NCBI GenBank assembly: GCA_043803945.1 | Contig: JAZDJN010000095.1 | Location: 32,001-96,000 of the forward strand | DNA from: a bacterium | GTDB lineage: Bacteria > Bacteroidota > Ignavibacteria > UBA10030 | DNA length: 64,000 nt | Direction: 5' to 3' | Shown: one piece after another, positions 62,065 through 64,000 of the stretch | Position numbering within the stretch: the first letter of the stretch is position 1 | Layout: every line of letters begins with the position of its first letter | Program-made: the position numbers and the translations under genes | Notes under the pieces: generated by a model | Seen by the model: the letters and a program-made list of their open reading frames with translations, nothing else | What the model was told of the DNA's origin: nothing | Database searches by the model: none

Positions 62065-63252
62065 GTGAGTTCCCCACCCAAAAATATAGCAATACTAGGA
62101 TCAACAGGGTCAATAGGACAAAACAGCCTGGAGATTATTCGAAATCTTCCACACCTTTTCCGGGCTCACTACCTGACTGCAAATAAAAACATCACCCTGC
62201 TGCAAAAACAAATTGAGGAGTTTAAACCGAAAGCTGTTGTTGTTCGTGATGAACAGAATGCGGCGGTGTTGCGGAACAGAGTCGATCCCTCGCTGGAAGT
62301 ATTATCGGGCGAGGCCGGGCTGGTGGAACTTGTCGCACGCGACGATACCGAAATCGTCATAAGCGCCCTCGTCGGGTTTGCCGGATTAAAACCGACCGTC
62401 GCCGCAATTGAACACCGGAAGATCATCGCTCTGGCCAACAAAGAAACGCTTGTGGTAGCCGGAGAGCTTATGATCGCCTTGGTCAGAGAGTATCGTGTGA
62501 CAATGATTCCGGTTGACAGCGAACACAGCGCGATCTTTCAGTGCCTTGTTGGAGAAGATCGATTAAAAATTGCCAAGCTGATACTCACGGCATCGGGCGG
62601 TCCGTTTCTGAATACACCCAAAGAGGATTTTTCCTCCATTGCGCCTGAGCACGCACTCAATCACCCAAACTGGAAAATGGGGAGTAAGATTACCATCGAT
62701 TCGGCGACCCTGATGAATAAGGGTCTTGAGGTAATTGAAGCGCATTGGTTGTTTGGGCTTCCAGCGGATCAGATAGAAGTTGTTGTTCATCCTCAATCAA
62801 TTATTCATTCCATGGTTGAATTTGTCGATGGTTCGGTCAAAGCACAGCTTGGATTGCCCGATATGAAGATACCCATTCAATATGCGCTGACGTTTCCTCA
62901 TCGCCATCCCATGAACGGATCGCGGGTCGACTTTCCAAAACTTGGGTCGATGACCTTCTTTCACCCGGACAAGGATAAATTCCGCTGCCTCCAGTTAGCT
63001 TACGATGCACTGGGCCTGGGAGGAACAGCCCCGGCAGTATTGAATGCTGCAAATGAAGTTGCCGTCAATGCATTTTTGGAAAAAAAGATTTCCTTTGATA
63101 AAATTCCCGAAATCATTAATCGATCGCTTACCCACCATAAAACCATACACAATCCAGAACTGGAACACATTATAGAAACAGACCGGGCGGTTCGCCGGTT
63201 TGCAGGAACCCTTGTGGAGAATAATGCTGTTATGGGTAGGGCGGAGCGTTGA
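62065..63252 (+). CDS. dxr: 1-deoxy-D-xylulose 5-phosphate reductoisomerase
   Basis: LGSTGSIG, LANKE, PVDSEHSAIFQ, LTASGGPF, HPNWKMG.KITIDSA, NKGLE. Confidence 0.99.
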   Translation: MSSPPKNIAILGSTGSIGQNSLEIIRNLPHLFRAHYLTANKNITLLQKQIEEFKPKAVVVRDEQNAAVLRNRVDPSLEVLSGEAGLVELVARDDTEIVISALVGFAGLKPTVAAIEHRKIIALANKETLVVAGELMIALVREYRVTMIPVDSEHSAIFQCLVGEDRLKIAKLILTASGGPFLNTPKEDFSSIAPEHALNHPNWKMGSKITIDSATLMNKGLEVIEAHWLFGLPADQIEVVVHPQSIIHSMVEFVDGSVKAQLGLPDMKIPIQYALTFPHRHPMNGSRVDFPKLGSMTFFHPDKDKFRCLQLAYDALGLGGTAPAVLNAANEVAVNAFLEKKISFDKIPEIINRSLTHHKTIHNPELEHIIETDRAVRRFAGTLVENNAVMGRAER

Positions 63253-63287
63253 TCATCCCAATTACAATCAGGTAGGAAAAGGATTCT

Positions 63288-64000
63288 ATGGAAGTTCTAA
63301 CAAATATCTTTTACTTCGCGGTCACCATCGGAGTCCTTGTCTTTGTCCATGAGCTCGGGCATTTTCTGGCAGCGAAATTCTTTAAAATGCGTGTCGAGCG
63401 CTTCAGCGTCGGTTTTCCACCGCGCGCATTTGGCAAAACCATTGGTGATACCGATTACTGCGTTTCATGGGTTCCTATCGGCGGCTATGTGAAAATTTCA
63501 GGGATGATCGATGAGAGTTTTGACACGGAATTTGTCGGCAAACCCCCCGAGCCGTGGGAGTTTCGCTCCAAACCAATCTGGCAGCGGATGATCGTAATCT
63601 GTGCCGGTGTGGTCATGAATGTCTTGCTGGCAATTGTGATTTTCTGGGGAATTATTTTCTCTCATGGGAAGACGGTAAAGCCAATTACCGAAGTGGGATT
63701 TGTTGAACAGGGATCTCCGGCTGCCTCAGCGGGATTTCAATCCGGAGATCTGGTTCTTGCTGTTAACAGCAATCCGGTCCTTACCTGGGAAGACGTCGAT
63801 GATCTTGTCTTTAAAGAAGCGCTTTCAGGAACGCTCGCTGTCGAAGTGCAGCGGGCAGGTGCACCGGCAACAATTGCAGTGCCCGATTCATTAACGGCAG
63901 AAATATTGAAGGGCCGCCTTGGCATTTACCCGAACGGATTGCTCCCAACCGTATCGGTGGTAGAAAAGGGGAAACCGGCCGAACAGATAGGTCTTCAACC
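63288..64000 (+). CDS. rseP: RIP metalloprotease RseP, truncated by window edge
   Basis: MEVLTNIFYFAVTIGVLVFVHELGHFLAAK..FSVGF..PIGGYVKISGM..AGVVMN, then a PDZ domain. Confidence 0.95.
   Translation, partial: MEVLTNIFYFAVTIGVLVFVHELGHFLAAKFFKMRVERFSVGFPPRAFGKTIGDTDYCVSWVPIGGYVKISGMIDESFDTEFVGKPPEPWEFRSKPIWQRMIVICAGVVMNVLLAIVIFWGIIFSHGKTVKPITEVGFVEQGSPAASAGFQSGDLVLAVNSNPVLTWEDVDDLVFKEALSGTLAVEVQRAGAPATIAVPDSLTAEILKGRLGIYPNGLLPTVSVVEKGKPAEQIGLQ

Overview
A bacterial chromosomal window spanning the replication origin. Gene content and order suggest an Ignavibacteria/Bacteroidota-Chlorobi (FCB) lineage (inference). Core: gyrA-gyrB-dciA-recF-dnaN-dnaA (minus) diverging from rpmH-rnpA-yidD-yidC-mnmE-mnmG-rsmG-murQ (plus), with TTATCAACA-type DnaA boxes on both sides of dnaA and two parS sites. 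Left arm: a RelE-type toxin-antitoxin pair, tRNA-Gly(CCC) with a duplicated 3' end, a MoxR/DUF58/Bat operon, an outer-membrane protein, a PDZ-TM-GAF-PP2C phosphatase and a MacAB/FtsX-type ABC exporter. Right arm: pxpBC-MFS-pxpA, lon, dnaX, several hydrolases, pyrF, DUF2851, an AT-rich Mrr_N-HNH islet, a TPR protein, dxr and rseP. The most unusual signal is non-coding: two families of very short (19-71 bp) palindromic elements whose removal restores the interrupted sequence with no target duplication. They sit inside a tRNA fragment, a 120-bp REP-doublet array, inverted-repeat shells and each other. Other anomalies: an in-frame TAA in gyrB, a deletion chimera of TIGR03546/TIGR03545-like genes, and His-to-Tyr at the HNH catalytic position. 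All calls come from reading the sequence; no searches were run.
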